The translations under genes were made by a program, and so were the position numbers. A DNA stretch of 64,000 nucleotides from Candidatus Limnocylindria bacterium (lineage in GTDB: Bacteria > Chloroflexota > Limnocylindria > P2-11E), in contig DATCOD010000077.1 of NCBI GenBank assembly GCA_036564905.1, forward strand, positions 11,363 through 75,362, given 5' to 3'. The notes beneath the pieces are model-generated. The model ran no database searches. It saw nothing but the letters and a program-made list of their open reading frames with translations, and was not told the origin of the DNA. Shown here piece after piece: positions 8,465-17,772 of the stretch. The stretch's first letter is position 1. Every line of letters starts with the position of its first letter.

Positions 8465-8838
8465 CGATCGGCCTCCAACAGGGTCGCTGCGTCGTCCGGC
8501 GCGATCTTGCCCTCCGCGAGCTCACGCAGGATCTCCTTGCGCCGCTCGGTGTCGCGGTCAGGCTCGGCCTGCGAAGGGAACCCGAGCGCGCGGATCACCG
8601 CATCGAGCCGAGAACGCACCGTCGGGTAGGAGATCCCGAGCTCGCGCTCGACGTCCTTGAAATTGCCACGGGCCCGGATGAACGTCTCGAGGAACTCGAG
8701 CTGGTCCGCGGTCAGCGAGTGGAAGCGCCCGAGCGTGAAGCTGCCCTCGAGGCGCGTGCCGCAGGCTTCGCAGTCGAGGCGCACGACGCGCAGCGACTCG
8801 TTGCAGATCGGGCAGCGGCCGATGACCGGATTCGCCAT
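8461..8838 (-). CDS. DUF2089 zinc-ribbon + HTH protein
   Basis: MANPVIGRCPICNESLRVVRLDCEACGTRLEGSF... has a C-x2-C...C-x2-C zinc ribbon followed by an HTH (ISYPTVRSRLD). The C-terminus is SHOCT-like (LAEGKIAPDDAATLLEA). A GGAGAG Shine-Dalgarno lies ~9 nt upstream. Confidence 0.75.
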   Translation of the reverse strand: MANPVIGRCPICNESLRVVRLDCEACGTRLEGSFTLGRFHSLTADQLEFLETFIRARGNFKDVERELGISYPTVRSRLDAVIRALGFPSQAEPDRDTERRKEILRELAEGKIAPDDAATLLEADR

Positions 8839-8930
8839 AGGCCGACTCTCCGCCGGAGGTTGCTGATTGTCAACGGAAACTCAACGTTCTGTAGCCGAAT
8901 ATGCGGATCGTTGAGGTCGACCGCATCGGA

Positions 8931-10838
8931 TCAGTCGATCGCCTGCTTGATCCGCTCGGCCAGGGCCGGACCGACGCCGGCCACGCCGGCGAGGTCGGCC
9001 TCCGTCGCGTCCCGGAGCCCCTTCACCGAGCCGAACTTCCGGAGGAGCGCGCGCTTCTTGGCCGGCCCGACACCCTGGATGTCGTCCAGGACCGACCGCA
9101 CCGCGCGCTTTCCGCGGAGCTGCTGGTGATAGGTGACGGCGAACCGGTGGGCCTCGTCGCGGATCCGTTGGACCAGGAACAGGCCCTGCGAGCGCTGCGG
9201 CAGGACGATCGGGTCGGGCCGGCCGGGAACGAACAGCTCCTCGCGCTCCTTCGCGAGCGCAGCGATCGGGATCTGGAGCAGCCCGGCGTCCGAGAGCGCG
9301 CCGATGCCCTCCGCGAGCTGGCCTTTCCCGCCGTCGAGGATCACGAGATCCGGGACGGGCCATGCGTCCGTTGAATGGGGCTCGTTCGATGCCGGCCCAG
9401 CCGGCCCCGAACGCACGATGGAACGTGCAAAACGTCGTCGCAAGGTGTCGCGCATGTTCGCGAAGTCGTCGTTCCGGTCGCTGAGCTTCGCCCGGAACCG
9501 CCGGTACTGCTGTTTCGCCGGACGCCCGTCCTCGAAGACGACCATCGAGCTCACGACGTTCGTCCCCTGGACGTGGCTCACGTCGAAGCACTCGATGCGC
9601 TTCGGCGGACCCTCGAGGCCCAGGGCCCGTTGGACCTCGGCGAGCGCGGTCTCGGTCTTCCCCTTGTCGGCGAGCCAACGCACCCGCTCCTGCTCGAGGG
9701 CGTCCTGCGCGTTGCGGACCGCGAGCTCGATGAGCCGGCGCTTCTTGCCCCGCTTCGGGACATGGAGCTCGACGCGCGTGCCGCGCTTCTCCTCCGCGAA
9801 CGCGACGAAGGTCGGGGCGTCCGGGATCGCCTCCGGCACCACGATCTCCGGCGGGAACGTCGTCGCGGCCGCGTAGTGCTGTCGCAGGAACGACCCGAGC
9901 ACCTCGCCCGGGGTCGCGCCCTCCGCACCTTCGAGGAAGAAGTGATCGCGACCGACGATGGTGCCGTCGCGCACTCGCAATAGCTGCACCGCCGCGTCGC
10001 CCTCCGCGAGCGCGGCGCCCAGCGCGTCGAAGTCGTCACCCTTGTAGGCGTGGACCTCCTGGCGATCGGTGGTCCGCTCGATGGCCGTCACCCGGTCGCG
10101 CATGAGGCCGGCCCGCTCGTAGTCGAGGCCCTCGGAGGCGACCAGCATCTCGCGCCGCAGGTCGCGCGCAAGCGCGTCGTACCGCCCCTCGAGGAACTGC
10201 ACGCTCCGATCGATGGTCGCGCGGTATTCATCGCGCGTGGCCGCCCCGACGCACGGGGCGGTGCAGCGTTTCAGATGGAAGAGCAGGCACGGCCGCCCAC
10301 CGGGGAGCGCGCTCGGGGGCACGGTGCGCCCCGATCCGTCGTCGGCAGCGACGATCGTGAGCTTGCAGGTCCGATACGGGAACAGCTTCTGCAGGAGATC
10401 GAGCGACTCATCGACGGACTTCGCGTTGGCATACGGCCCGAAATAACGGGCCGTCCGATCGCCGAGCGTCCGGGTGCGCAGGATCCGCGGGAAGTCCTCG
10501 CCCAGGGTGACCTTCACGTATGGATAGGACTTGTCGTCCTTGAGCCGGATGTTGTAGCGGGGCCGGTGCTGTTTGATGAGGCTGGCCTCGAGCAGGTACG
10601 CCTCGGAGATGGTGCCGGTGAGCACGTACTCGAGCCGGTCGGCGCGCTCGACGAGCCGCACGTGCCGGACGTCAAGGCTCGGGCCGAAATAGCTGCGGAT
10701 CCGGTCGCGCAGGACGTCGGCCTTCCCGACGTACAGCACCCTGCCGCGCGCGTCCTTGAACAGGTACACGCCCGGCGACCCTGGGAAGGACGCCGCCTGG
10801 GCGAGGAGCGTGGCGCGGCGGTCGGCTGCGTTCGGCAT
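8931..10838 (-). CDS. uvrC: excinuclease ABC subunit C
   Basis: The internal ATG at 10838 gives MPNAADRRATLLAQAASFPGSPGVYLFKDARGRVLYVGKA..., i.e. a GIY-YIG domain, UvrBC-interaction region, RNase H-like domain and C-terminal HhH. The 70-codon upstream extension in the track ORF is not protein-like. Confidence 0.9.
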   Translation of the reverse strand: MPNAADRRATLLAQAASFPGSPGVYLFKDARGRVLYVGKADVLRDRIRSYFGPSLDVRHVRLVERADRLEYVLTGTISEAYLLEASLIKQHRPRYNIRLKDDKSYPYVKVTLGEDFPRILRTRTLGDRTARYFGPYANAKSVDESLDLLQKLFPYRTCKLTIVAADDGSGRTVPPSALPGGRPCLLFHLKRCTAPCVGAATRDEYRATIDRSVQFLEGRYDALARDLRREMLVASEGLDYERAGLMRDRVTAIERTTDRQEVHAYKGDDFDALGAALAEGDAAVQLLRVRDGTIVGRDHFFLEGAEGATPGEVLGSFLRQHYAAATTFPPEIVVPEAIPDAPTFVAFAEEKRGTRVELHVPKRGKKRRLIELAVRNAQDALEQERVRWLADKGKTETALAEVQRALGLEGPPKRIECFDVSHVQGTNVVSSMVVFEDGRPAKQQYRRFRAKLSDRNDDFANMRDTLRRRFARSIVRSGPAGPASNEPHSTDAWPVPDLVILDGGKGQLAEGIGALSDAGLLQIPIAALAKEREELFVPGRPDPIVLPQRSQGLFLVQRIRDEAHRFAVTYHQQLRGKRAVRSVLDDIQGVGPAKKRALLRKFGSVKGLRDATEADLAGVAGVGPALAERIKQAID

Positions 10839-10887
10839 GTGAAAAGGATAGGAACGGCCGAGCGCCCTATGATTTCGCTCCTCAGAT

Positions 10888-11700
10888 GTGGAATTGCGAG
10901 CCGTGAAAGAAGCAGCCGAGCCGCGCCGGTCCCGGCGCTCGGTCCAGTCGGTCGACCGGGCACTCGATCTCCTCGAGGCGTTGGCCGGCGCCGACGGGGA
11001 GGTCAGCATCACCGCCCTCGCCGCGCAGACGAAGCTGCACGTCAGCACGGTCCACCGGCTCCTCGCGACGCTGCTCCGCCGCGGCTACGTCAGGCAGAAC
11101 CCGGACACCAGCCGGTACTACGCGGGCGCGAAGGTCGCGACGCTGGCCGAGGGCCGGAGCCGGTACAACGAGCTTCGGATCGCCGCGCGGCCCCTCCTCC
11201 AGACGCTCGTCGAGGCGACCCGCGAGACCGCGAACCTGAGCGTCCTCGACGACACGATGGCCGTCTACATCGAGACCGCGGCGAGCCCGCAGGTCGTGCG
11301 GCTCTTCACGGTCGTCGGCAACCGCGTCCCGCTCCACGCGACCGGCGCCGGCAAGGCGCTGCTTGCCTCGCTTCCGCAGGCGCGCCGCGACGCGCTCCTC
11401 GACAAGACCGAGCTCAAAGCGCACACGAGCAAGACGCTGGTCGACCGCGCCGCGCTGATGCGAGCGCTCGACGACGCGCGTGAACGCGGGTACGCCCTCG
11501 ATGACGAGGAGTACGACGACGGCGTGCGCTGTGTCGCGGTCGCCGTCGGACCGGTCGGCGCGCCGGTGGCCGCCATCTCGATCTCCGGTCCCGCGAGCAG
11601 GCTCACGAAGCAGCGCTGCGTGGAATTCGTGCCGCAGATGCGCCGAGCGGCCGGCGAGCTCGCCGGCACGCTCCGGTCGCGCGAGGGTACCGGGACATGA
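10888..11700 (+). CDS. IclR-family transcriptional regulator (likely glc operon regulator)
   Basis: It has an N-terminal HTH (VSITALAAQTKLHVSTVHRLLATL) and a C-terminal IclR effector domain. A GTG start is followed by an ATGA overlap with glcD. Confidence 0.85.
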   Translation: MELRAVKEAAEPRRSRRSVQSVDRALDLLEALAGADGEVSITALAAQTKLHVSTVHRLLATLLRRGYVRQNPDTSRYYAGAKVATLAEGRSRYNELRIAARPLLQTLVEATRETANLSVLDDTMAVYIETAASPQVVRLFTVVGNRVPLHATGAGKALLASLPQARRDALLDKTELKAHTSKTLVDRAALMRALDDARERGYALDDEEYDDGVRCVAVAVGPVGAPVAAISISGPASRLTKQRCVEFVPQMRRAAGELAGTLRSREGTGT

Positions 11701-13148
11701 CCGCGGCGCCGGCGGTCGTTCGCGCCGGCCTGCGGGGTGCTGAGCTCGCCGGTGCGCTACGCGATCTGCTCGGGGCGGACAAGGTCCTCTGGGCGCGTGA
11801 GGATCTCCTGCTGTACGAGTACGACGGCGCCATCGACGTCGCCACGCCGGACGCGGTCGTGCTGCCCAATGAGACGGCGGATGTCGCGAAGCTCGCCCGC
11901 TTCTGCGCCGAGCACGCCGTGCCGCTCGTGCCCCGGGGCGCGGGAACCGGCCTGTCGGGCGGCGCGATCCCCGTGGAGGGCGGCGTGGTCATCTCGTTCG
12001 CCCGAATGTCACGGATCATCGAGATCGACGTACCGAACCTCCGCGCCGTCGTCCAGCCCGGCCTCGTGAACCTTCATCTGTCGACCGCCGCCGCGCCCTA
12101 CGGGCTGTACTTCGTGCCCGACCCGTCGAGCCAGAAGGCCTGCACCCTCGGAGGCAACGTCGCCGAGAACTCGGGCGGCCCGCACACGCTCGCGTACGGC
12201 GTCACGACCAACCACGTCACCGGGCTTGAGCTCGTGCTCTCCGACGGGACGATCGTCCGGATCGGCGGCAAGGCGATCGACCATGACGGCTACGACCTGG
12301 TCGGCACGTTCGTCGGGTCCGAAGGCACGCTCGGCATCGTGACCGAGATCACGGTGAAGCTCACACCGCTCCCCGAGGACAAACGCACGCTGATGGCGGC
12401 GTTCCCCACGATGGACGACGCTTCGAATACGGTCTCCGCGATCATCGGCGCGGGTATCGTCCCGAGCGCGATCGAGATGATGGATCAGCTCTCGACCCAG
12501 GCGGTCGAAGCGTCGGTCAACGCCGGCTATCCGCTCGACGCCGGCGGGATCCTGCTCGTCGAGGTCGACGGCGTGCGCGACGGGCTCGACGAGCTCCTCG
12601 AGCGGATCGAGACCATCTGCCGCTCCGGTCATGCCCAGGAGCTGCGGGTCGCCAAGACCGCGCTCGAACGGGACAAGCTCTGGGCGGGGCGCAAGGGCGC
12701 GTTCGCCGCGATGGGCCGCCTGGCCTCCGACTACTACGTGCAGGACGGGGTGATCCCGCGGACGAAGCTTCCCCAGGTCCTGCGGCACATCGTCTCCGTC
12801 GGCGAGCGCTACGGGCTGCGCATCGCGAACGTGTTCCACGCCGGTGACGGCAACCTCCACCCGCTGATCATGTTCGACGGCTCGAAGGGCCCGGCCGAGA
12901 TCGAGCGCGTCAAGGAGGCCGGCCGCGAGATCCTCGAGATGTGCATCGAGGTCGGTGGCTCGATCACGGGCGAGCATGGGGTCGGCATGGAGAAGAACTG
13001 CTATATGCCGCTGCAGTACTCGCCCGTCGACCTGGCCGTCATGCACCGCGTGAAGGACGCGTTCGACCCGCTCGGTCTCGCGAACCCGGGAAAGGTGTTC
13101 CCCACCCCGGGCCGATGCAAGGAGTTCTCGATCGATGCCGCGCGTTGA
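11697..13148 (+). CDS. glcD: glycolate oxidase FAD-linked subunit GlcD
   Basis: The 483-aa product has FAD_binding_4 followed by an FAD-oxidase C-terminal domain, with full-length GlcD/D-lactate dehydrogenase-type similarity. Confidence 0.9.
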   Translation: MTAAPAVVRAGLRGAELAGALRDLLGADKVLWAREDLLLYEYDGAIDVATPDAVVLPNETADVAKLARFCAEHAVPLVPRGAGTGLSGGAIPVEGGVVISFARMSRIIEIDVPNLRAVVQPGLVNLHLSTAAAPYGLYFVPDPSSQKACTLGGNVAENSGGPHTLAYGVTTNHVTGLELVLSDGTIVRIGGKAIDHDGYDLVGTFVGSEGTLGIVTEITVKLTPLPEDKRTLMAAFPTMDDASNTVSAIIGAGIVPSAIEMMDQLSTQAVEASVNAGYPLDAGGILLVEVDGVRDGLDELLERIETICRSGHAQELRVAKTALERDKLWAGRKGAFAAMGRLASDYYVQDGVIPRTKLPQVLRHIVSVGERYGLRIANVFHAGDGNLHPLIMFDGSKGPAEIERVKEAGREILEMCIEVGGSITGEHGVGMEKNCYMPLQYSPVDLAVMHRVKDAFDPLGLANPGKVFPTPGRCKEFSIDAAR

Positions 13149-14289
13149 ACGGCCCGCGACGCCCGAGGCCTGCGCCGACCTCCTCCGCGCCTGCGCGAGC
13201 GATCGCACGAGCGTCCGCATCCGCGGCGGTGGCACGAAGGATCATCTCGGTGTGCGCCGCGAGACCGGGATCACGCTCGAGACCGCGGGCCTCGACGGGA
13301 TCGTGGATCACGTGCCCGAGGACCTCACGGTGACCGTGCGCGCGGGGACGCCGTTCGCGTCGCTCCGCGACGCGCTGGGGCGGCACGGGCAATTCCTTCC
13401 GCTGGACCCGCCGCATGTCGGCCGCGGCGCCACGATCGGCGGGATCGTGGCCGCGAACAGCAACGGATTCGCCCGGTACCGCTACGGCGGCGTGCGCGAT
13501 CTCCTCCTCGGCGTCCGCGCCGCGCTTCCGGACGGCACGATCGCGCGTGCGGGTGGCCGGGTCGTGAAGAACGTCGCGGGGTACGACCTGAACAAGCTGT
13601 TCATCGGATCGCTCGGCACGCTCGGGGTCATCGTCGAGGCGACGTTCAAGATCCTCCCGCTGCCGCCGGTCACGAAGGGTGCCTGCGCGACGTTCGCGAC
13701 ACCGGCCGATGCGTTCGGGACGGCCGACGAGATCCTGCGCACGTCGCTGCGGCCGACCGCGGTGGTCGTGGAGCGGACCGCGGACCGCCGGTGGAGGCTC
13801 TGGATCGTCGCAGCCGGCGAGTCAGCGCCGGTCGATCGGGCCCTGGCCGAGCTCGCCCGAGTGGCGCGCGGGCGCGGCGCGACGGCGGAGCCGGTCGGCG
13901 ATCCGGCGGCGGCACTCGGTCCGCTGCGCGAGATCGTGGACGCCGCGAGCGCCGGCGCCGTCGTCCGGGCGGCGTTGCCGCTCTCGGCGCAAGCGCCGTT
14001 CGCCGAAGCGGCGGCCCGCGCCGATCGCGGCGCGTGGGTCGTCGCGGATGCCGCGAGCGGCATCGCGCAGGTGCACCTGCCCGACGAGACCGGCGCGCTC
14101 GCGGCGGCCGACGGCCTCGTCGCGAAGGCGCGCGTGCTCGGCGGCGGCGCGCGGATCGAGCGAACGACGATCGTGGGACTCGATACGTTCAGCGGTCCCG
14201 AGCCCGCGGGGGCCTTCCTCATGCGGCGGTTGAAGGACGCATTCGATCCGAGCGGGATCCTCGAGCCCGGGCGGTCGGCGCTCGGATGA
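13135..14289 (+). CDS. glcE: glycolate oxidase FAD-binding subunit GlcE
   Basis: The 384-aa FAD-binding PCMH-type protein follows glcD directly with overlap, which is the classical glcDEF arrangement. Confidence 0.85.
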   Translation: MPRVERPATPEACADLLRACASDRTSVRIRGGGTKDHLGVRRETGITLETAGLDGIVDHVPEDLTVTVRAGTPFASLRDALGRHGQFLPLDPPHVGRGATIGGIVAANSNGFARYRYGGVRDLLLGVRAALPDGTIARAGGRVVKNVAGYDLNKLFIGSLGTLGVIVEATFKILPLPPVTKGACATFATPADAFGTADEILRTSLRPTAVVVERTADRRWRLWIVAAGESAPVDRALAELARVARGRGATAEPVGDPAAALGPLREIVDAASAGAVVRAALPLSAQAPFAEAAARADRGAWVVADAASGIAQVHLPDETGALAAADGLVAKARVLGGGARIERTTIVGLDTFSGPEPAGAFLMRRLKDAFDPSGILEPGRSALG

Positions 14290-15566
14290 TCCGCCACACC
14301 GGATTCCCCGACGCCGACGCGCCGCTGCCCGAGCTCATCTCGCGGTGCGTCCACTGCGGTCTCTGCCTGCCGACCTGTCCGACGTTCGCGGAGCTCGGCG
14401 TCGAGATGGACTCCCCGCGCGGCCGGATCCGGCTCATGAAGAACGTGCACGATGGCCGGCTCGACGCCGACAGCGCGGCGTTCGCCGATCACATGGCCAA
14501 GTGCCTCGACTGCCGCGCCTGCGAGACCGCCTGCCCGTCGGGCGTGTCATTCGGCAAGCTCATGGAGGCGGCGCGCTCCCAGGTCGTGGTCGCGCGCAGG
14601 CCGAACCTGGTCGCGGCCGTGCTGCGCCGCGCGGTGTTCCGCGGGCTCATCCCGTCGCCGGCCCGGCTCGCGTTGTTCGCGCGCTTCGGCCACCTCTCGA
14701 AGCGGCTGGGCGCACGGACCCTGTTGCGCACGGTCGGGCTCGCCCGCCTCGCCGAGCTCCTCGACCTCGTCCCGGACGCGGCTCCGACGAGCAGGCCGCT
14801 CCCCACGCGGTTCGCCGCGGTCGGCACGAAACGCGGGACGGTCGCCCTGTTCACCGGCTGCGTCATGCGCGCCGCGTTCAGCGACACGAACGCCGCGACC
14901 GCTCGCGTCCTCGCGCGCAACGGCATCGAGGTCCAGGTCCCGGCGATCCAGACCTGCTGCGGCGCGTTGCACGCGCACGCGGGCGAGCGCGGCGACGCCC
15001 GCCTGCTCGCGAAGCGGAACATCGAGGCCCTCGAGCCGCTCGCGGTCGACGCGATCATCGTGAACGCCGCCGGCTGCGGCGCGAACCTGAAGGAGTACGG
15101 CTGGCTCCTCAAGGACGACGCGCCGTGGGCGGAGCGCGGGGAACGGTTCGCGTCGCGGGTGAAGGACGCGAGCGAGTACCTCGCGGCCATCGGGCTCGCC
15201 GAGCCGCCTGGTCCCGTGCGCGCGATCGCCGCCTACGACGATCCCTGTCATCTCCTCCACGGGCAGAAGATCAGCGCGCAGCCCCGCGCCCTGCTCGCGG
15301 CGATCCCCGAGCTCACGCTGGTGCCGCTCGCGGAGGCAGACTGGTGCTGCGGGAGCGCGGGCACGTACAACGTGACGCAGCCGGAGCTCGCGGCACGCCT
15401 CGGACACCGCAAGGCCCAACACATCGTGCGCAGCGGGGCCGAGCTGATCGTCACCGCGAACCCCGGTTGCCAGATGCAGATCCAGGCGGCGCTCCGCCGC
15501 GAGGGCGCGCGGACACCCGTCGTCCATTTGATGGATCTGCTCGACCGCGCCTACGCGTCGCGGTGA
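14286..15566 (+). CDS. glcF: glycolate oxidase iron-sulfur subunit GlcF
   Basis: The internal ATG at 14286 gives MIRHTGFPDADAPLPELISRCVHCGLCLPTCPTF. It has two 4Fe-4S CxxCxxCxxxCP motifs and two CCG cysteine-rich domains. The upstream part of the 591-aa track ORF is an Arg-rich artefact. Confidence 0.85.
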   Translation: MIRHTGFPDADAPLPELISRCVHCGLCLPTCPTFAELGVEMDSPRGRIRLMKNVHDGRLDADSAAFADHMAKCLDCRACETACPSGVSFGKLMEAARSQVVVARRPNLVAAVLRRAVFRGLIPSPARLALFARFGHLSKRLGARTLLRTVGLARLAELLDLVPDAAPTSRPLPTRFAAVGTKRGTVALFTGCVMRAAFSDTNAATARVLARNGIEVQVPAIQTCCGALHAHAGERGDARLLAKRNIEALEPLAVDAIIVNAAGCGANLKEYGWLLKDDAPWAERGERFASRVKDASEYLAAIGLAEPPGPVRAIAAYDDPCHLLHGQKISAQPRALLAAIPELTLVPLAEADWCCGSAGTYNVTQPELAARLGHRKAQHIVRSGAELIVTANPGCQMQIQAALRREGARTPVVHLMDLLDRAYASR

Positions 15567-15601
15567 CAGCTGAGCGCGACCGCGTCGCGTCGGTCGGGGT
15601 C

Positions 15602-16753
15602 ATGGCCCTCGCGCACCTGACGAACGATTCGTACGCGTACATGCTCCCGGCGCTCCTACCGCTGCTGCTCGGCAAGCTCGGGATCGGCCTCGGGCTCGCG
15701 GGCATCCTCGTCACGCTGTACCAGGCCTCGTCCTCGTTCACCCAACCGTTCTTCGGGCACCTGTCCGATGGCGGGGGGCGCACGCGCTGGATGGCGTGGA
15801 CCGGCGTGGCGCTCTCCGGTCTCGCGGCGGCCGCGCTGGGCCTCGCGTCGAGCCTTCCGGTGGTCGCGATCGCGCTGCTCGTCGGTGGCATGGGCACGGC
15901 GCTCTACCACCCGGTGAGCGCGGCCCTCGTCGCCGGGTCCGTGCCACGGAGCTCCCGCGGGCAATGGATGAGCATCTACATCAGCGCCGGGAACTTCGGA
16001 CTTCCGATCGGACCGTTCTTCATCGGCGTGATCATCGCGACCATCGGCCTCGGCGGGAGCTGGCTCGTCGCGATCCCCGCGGTCATCCTCTCGGCGCTCG
16101 TCTGGCGCGTCGGGCCCCACTTTCCGGAACGGTCCGGATCGGCGTTGCCGCTGCGCACCATCCTGCGCGCGAACCGGCGGATGCTGGCGGGGCTCATCTC
16201 GGTCTCCGCGACCCGGGCGTGGGCGACCGCGCTGGTGAGCTCGTTCCTCCCGGTCTACGCGGTGAGCCTGGGCGCGTCGATCGTCGACGCGTCTCGACTG
16301 CTGACCCTGTACCTGCTCTCGGGCGCCATCGGTGGCCTCGCCGGTGGCTGGCTGGCCGACCGGCTCGGGCGCGACCGCGTGATCACCACGAGCCTGCTCA
16401 GCGCGGCGCCGTTCTGCGTGCTGCTCGCGATGCAGCCGGCCGTCGGCCCGGCGTTCGTCGTCGCGACGGCCGTGAGCGGGATGCTCCTCAACGGATCGTT
16501 CGTCGTGCTCGCCGTGCGTGGACAGGAGAGCATGCCCGGGAGCCTCGGCATGGTGAGCGGGCTGATGCTCGGCCTGTCGATCGGACTCGGCGGGCTCGCC
16601 GTCGCGCCGATGGCCATCGTGGCTGAGCGCGCCGGCATCCCGCTCGTGTTCGTGGCCGCGGGCGGGCTCGCGATCGGCTGCGGGCTGCTCATGCGCGCGG
16701 TCCCGCACATCCCCGCTCGCATCGAGACGGCGTCCACGGCGAGCGCGGGGTAG
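15602..16753 (+). CDS. MFS transporter (candidate glycolate/organic acid permease of the glc operon)
   Basis: MALAHLTNDSYAYMLPALLPLL... gives 12 predicted TM helices and an MFS signature. An alternative GTG start at ~15563 would overlap the glcF stop. Confidence 0.8.
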   Translation: MALAHLTNDSYAYMLPALLPLLLGKLGIGLGLAGILVTLYQASSSFTQPFFGHLSDGGGRTRWMAWTGVALSGLAAAALGLASSLPVVAIALLVGGMGTALYHPVSAALVAGSVPRSSRGQWMSIYISAGNFGLPIGPFFIGVIIATIGLGGSWLVAIPAVILSALVWRVGPHFPERSGSALPLRTILRANRRMLAGLISVSATRAWATALVSSFLPVYAVSLGASIVDASRLLTLYLLSGAIGGLAGGWLADRLGRDRVITTSLLSAAPFCVLLAMQPAVGPAFVVATAVSGMLLNGSFVVLAVRGQESMPGSLGMVSGLMLGLSIGLGGLAVAPMAIVAERAGIPLVFVAAGGLAIGCGLLMRAVPHIPARIETASTASAG

Positions 16754-16762
16754 CCTTCGACC

Positions 16763-17530
16763 GTGGATCTGGGCGCCCTCGCCGTCGCCGCGCTGCCATC
16801 CTTCGTCGCGAGCGCCGTGGAGTTCGTCGAGGCCACGACGATCGTCCTCGCCGTCGGCGTGACCCGCGGGTGGCGCGCGCCCCTGTACGGGACCGTCGCC
16901 GCAGCGATCACGCTCGCGATCATCATCGGGACCCTGGGCGTCACGATCGTGACCGTGGTGCCCGAGCACGCGCTCAAGGCCTTCGTCGGTGCGCTCCTGC
17001 TGCTGTTCGGGCTCCGCTGGCTTCGAAAAGCGGTCCTGCGGTTCGCGGGCATCGTGGCCTTGCACGACGAGGAGCGGATCTACCTGAACGAGGTCGCCGA
17101 GCTGCGGGCCCGCGGCGAGACGCGATCCGGATTCGATCGGATCGGCGCGGTCGTGGCGTACAAGGCCGTGCTCCTCGAGGGCACCGAGGTCGCGTTCATC
17201 GTGATCGCGTTCGGCGCGGGTGGTGCCGGCGCGCTGAACGCCGCGATCGCGGGCGCCATCGCGGCCGGGCTGTTCGTCGTCGCGCTCGCCATCGCGCTGC
17301 GGAAGCCGCTCACGATGGTCCCGGAGAACTGGATGAAGTTCGGGGTGGGCGCGATCCTCTCGGCGTTCGGGGTGTTCTGGTTCGCCGAGGGTCTGGGCGC
17401 GCAATGGCCGGGGGACGCGCTGTCGATCCCGATCATCCTCGGCGCCTTCCTCGCCGCGAGCTGGGGGTCGGTCAAGATGCTCGGGTCGATCGTGCCGGGG
17501 GGAGCCCAGGTGGCGGCGAAGCGTGTTTAG
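16763..17530 (+). CDS. polytopic membrane protein with internal two-fold duplication (COG4280-like; possible small-solute/cation transporter)
   Basis: The 255-aa product has two homologous halves, each starting with an E-rich helix (VEFVEATTIVLAVG / LLEGTEVAFIVIAFG). The function is not recognisable from sequence alone. Confidence 0.55.
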   Translation: MDLGALAVAALPSFVASAVEFVEATTIVLAVGVTRGWRAPLYGTVAAAITLAIIIGTLGVTIVTVVPEHALKAFVGALLLLFGLRWLRKAVLRFAGIVALHDEERIYLNEVAELRARGETRSGFDRIGAVVAYKAVLLEGTEVAFIVIAFGAGGAGALNAAIAGAIAAGLFVVALAIALRKPLTMVPENWMKFGVGAILSAFGVFWFAEGLGAQWPGDALSIPIILGAFLAASWGSVKMLGSIVPGGAQVAAKRV

Positions 17531-17756
17531 CGCGGTCGCCGGCGTCTGGGAGGCGATCTGGGGCCTGCTCGTGGAAGACGGCTCGCTCGCCGCGGGCATC
17601 GTCGTCGCGCTGGGGGTGACCTGGGCCGCGGCCGCGCTGATCGCCGATCCGCTGCGCCTTCAGGTCGGCTGGCTCCTCCTCGCGATGCTCGCCATCCTGC
17701 TCGTGCTCAACCTGCGCGCCGCCGGGCGACGCCTCCGCCACACCGCAGGAGGCTAG
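17523..17756 (+). CDS. small 2-TM membrane protein (77 aa), GTG start overlapping the stop of the preceding gene
   Basis: Both helices are hydrophobic. The gene is translationally coupled to the upstream membrane-protein gene. There is no known domain. Confidence 0.4.
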   Translation: MFSAVAGVWEAIWGLLVEDGSLAAGIVVALGVTWAAAALIADPLRLQVGWLLLAMLAILLVLNLRAAGRRLRHTAGG

Positions 17757-17772
17757 CGCCGGGGCGGCTTGT

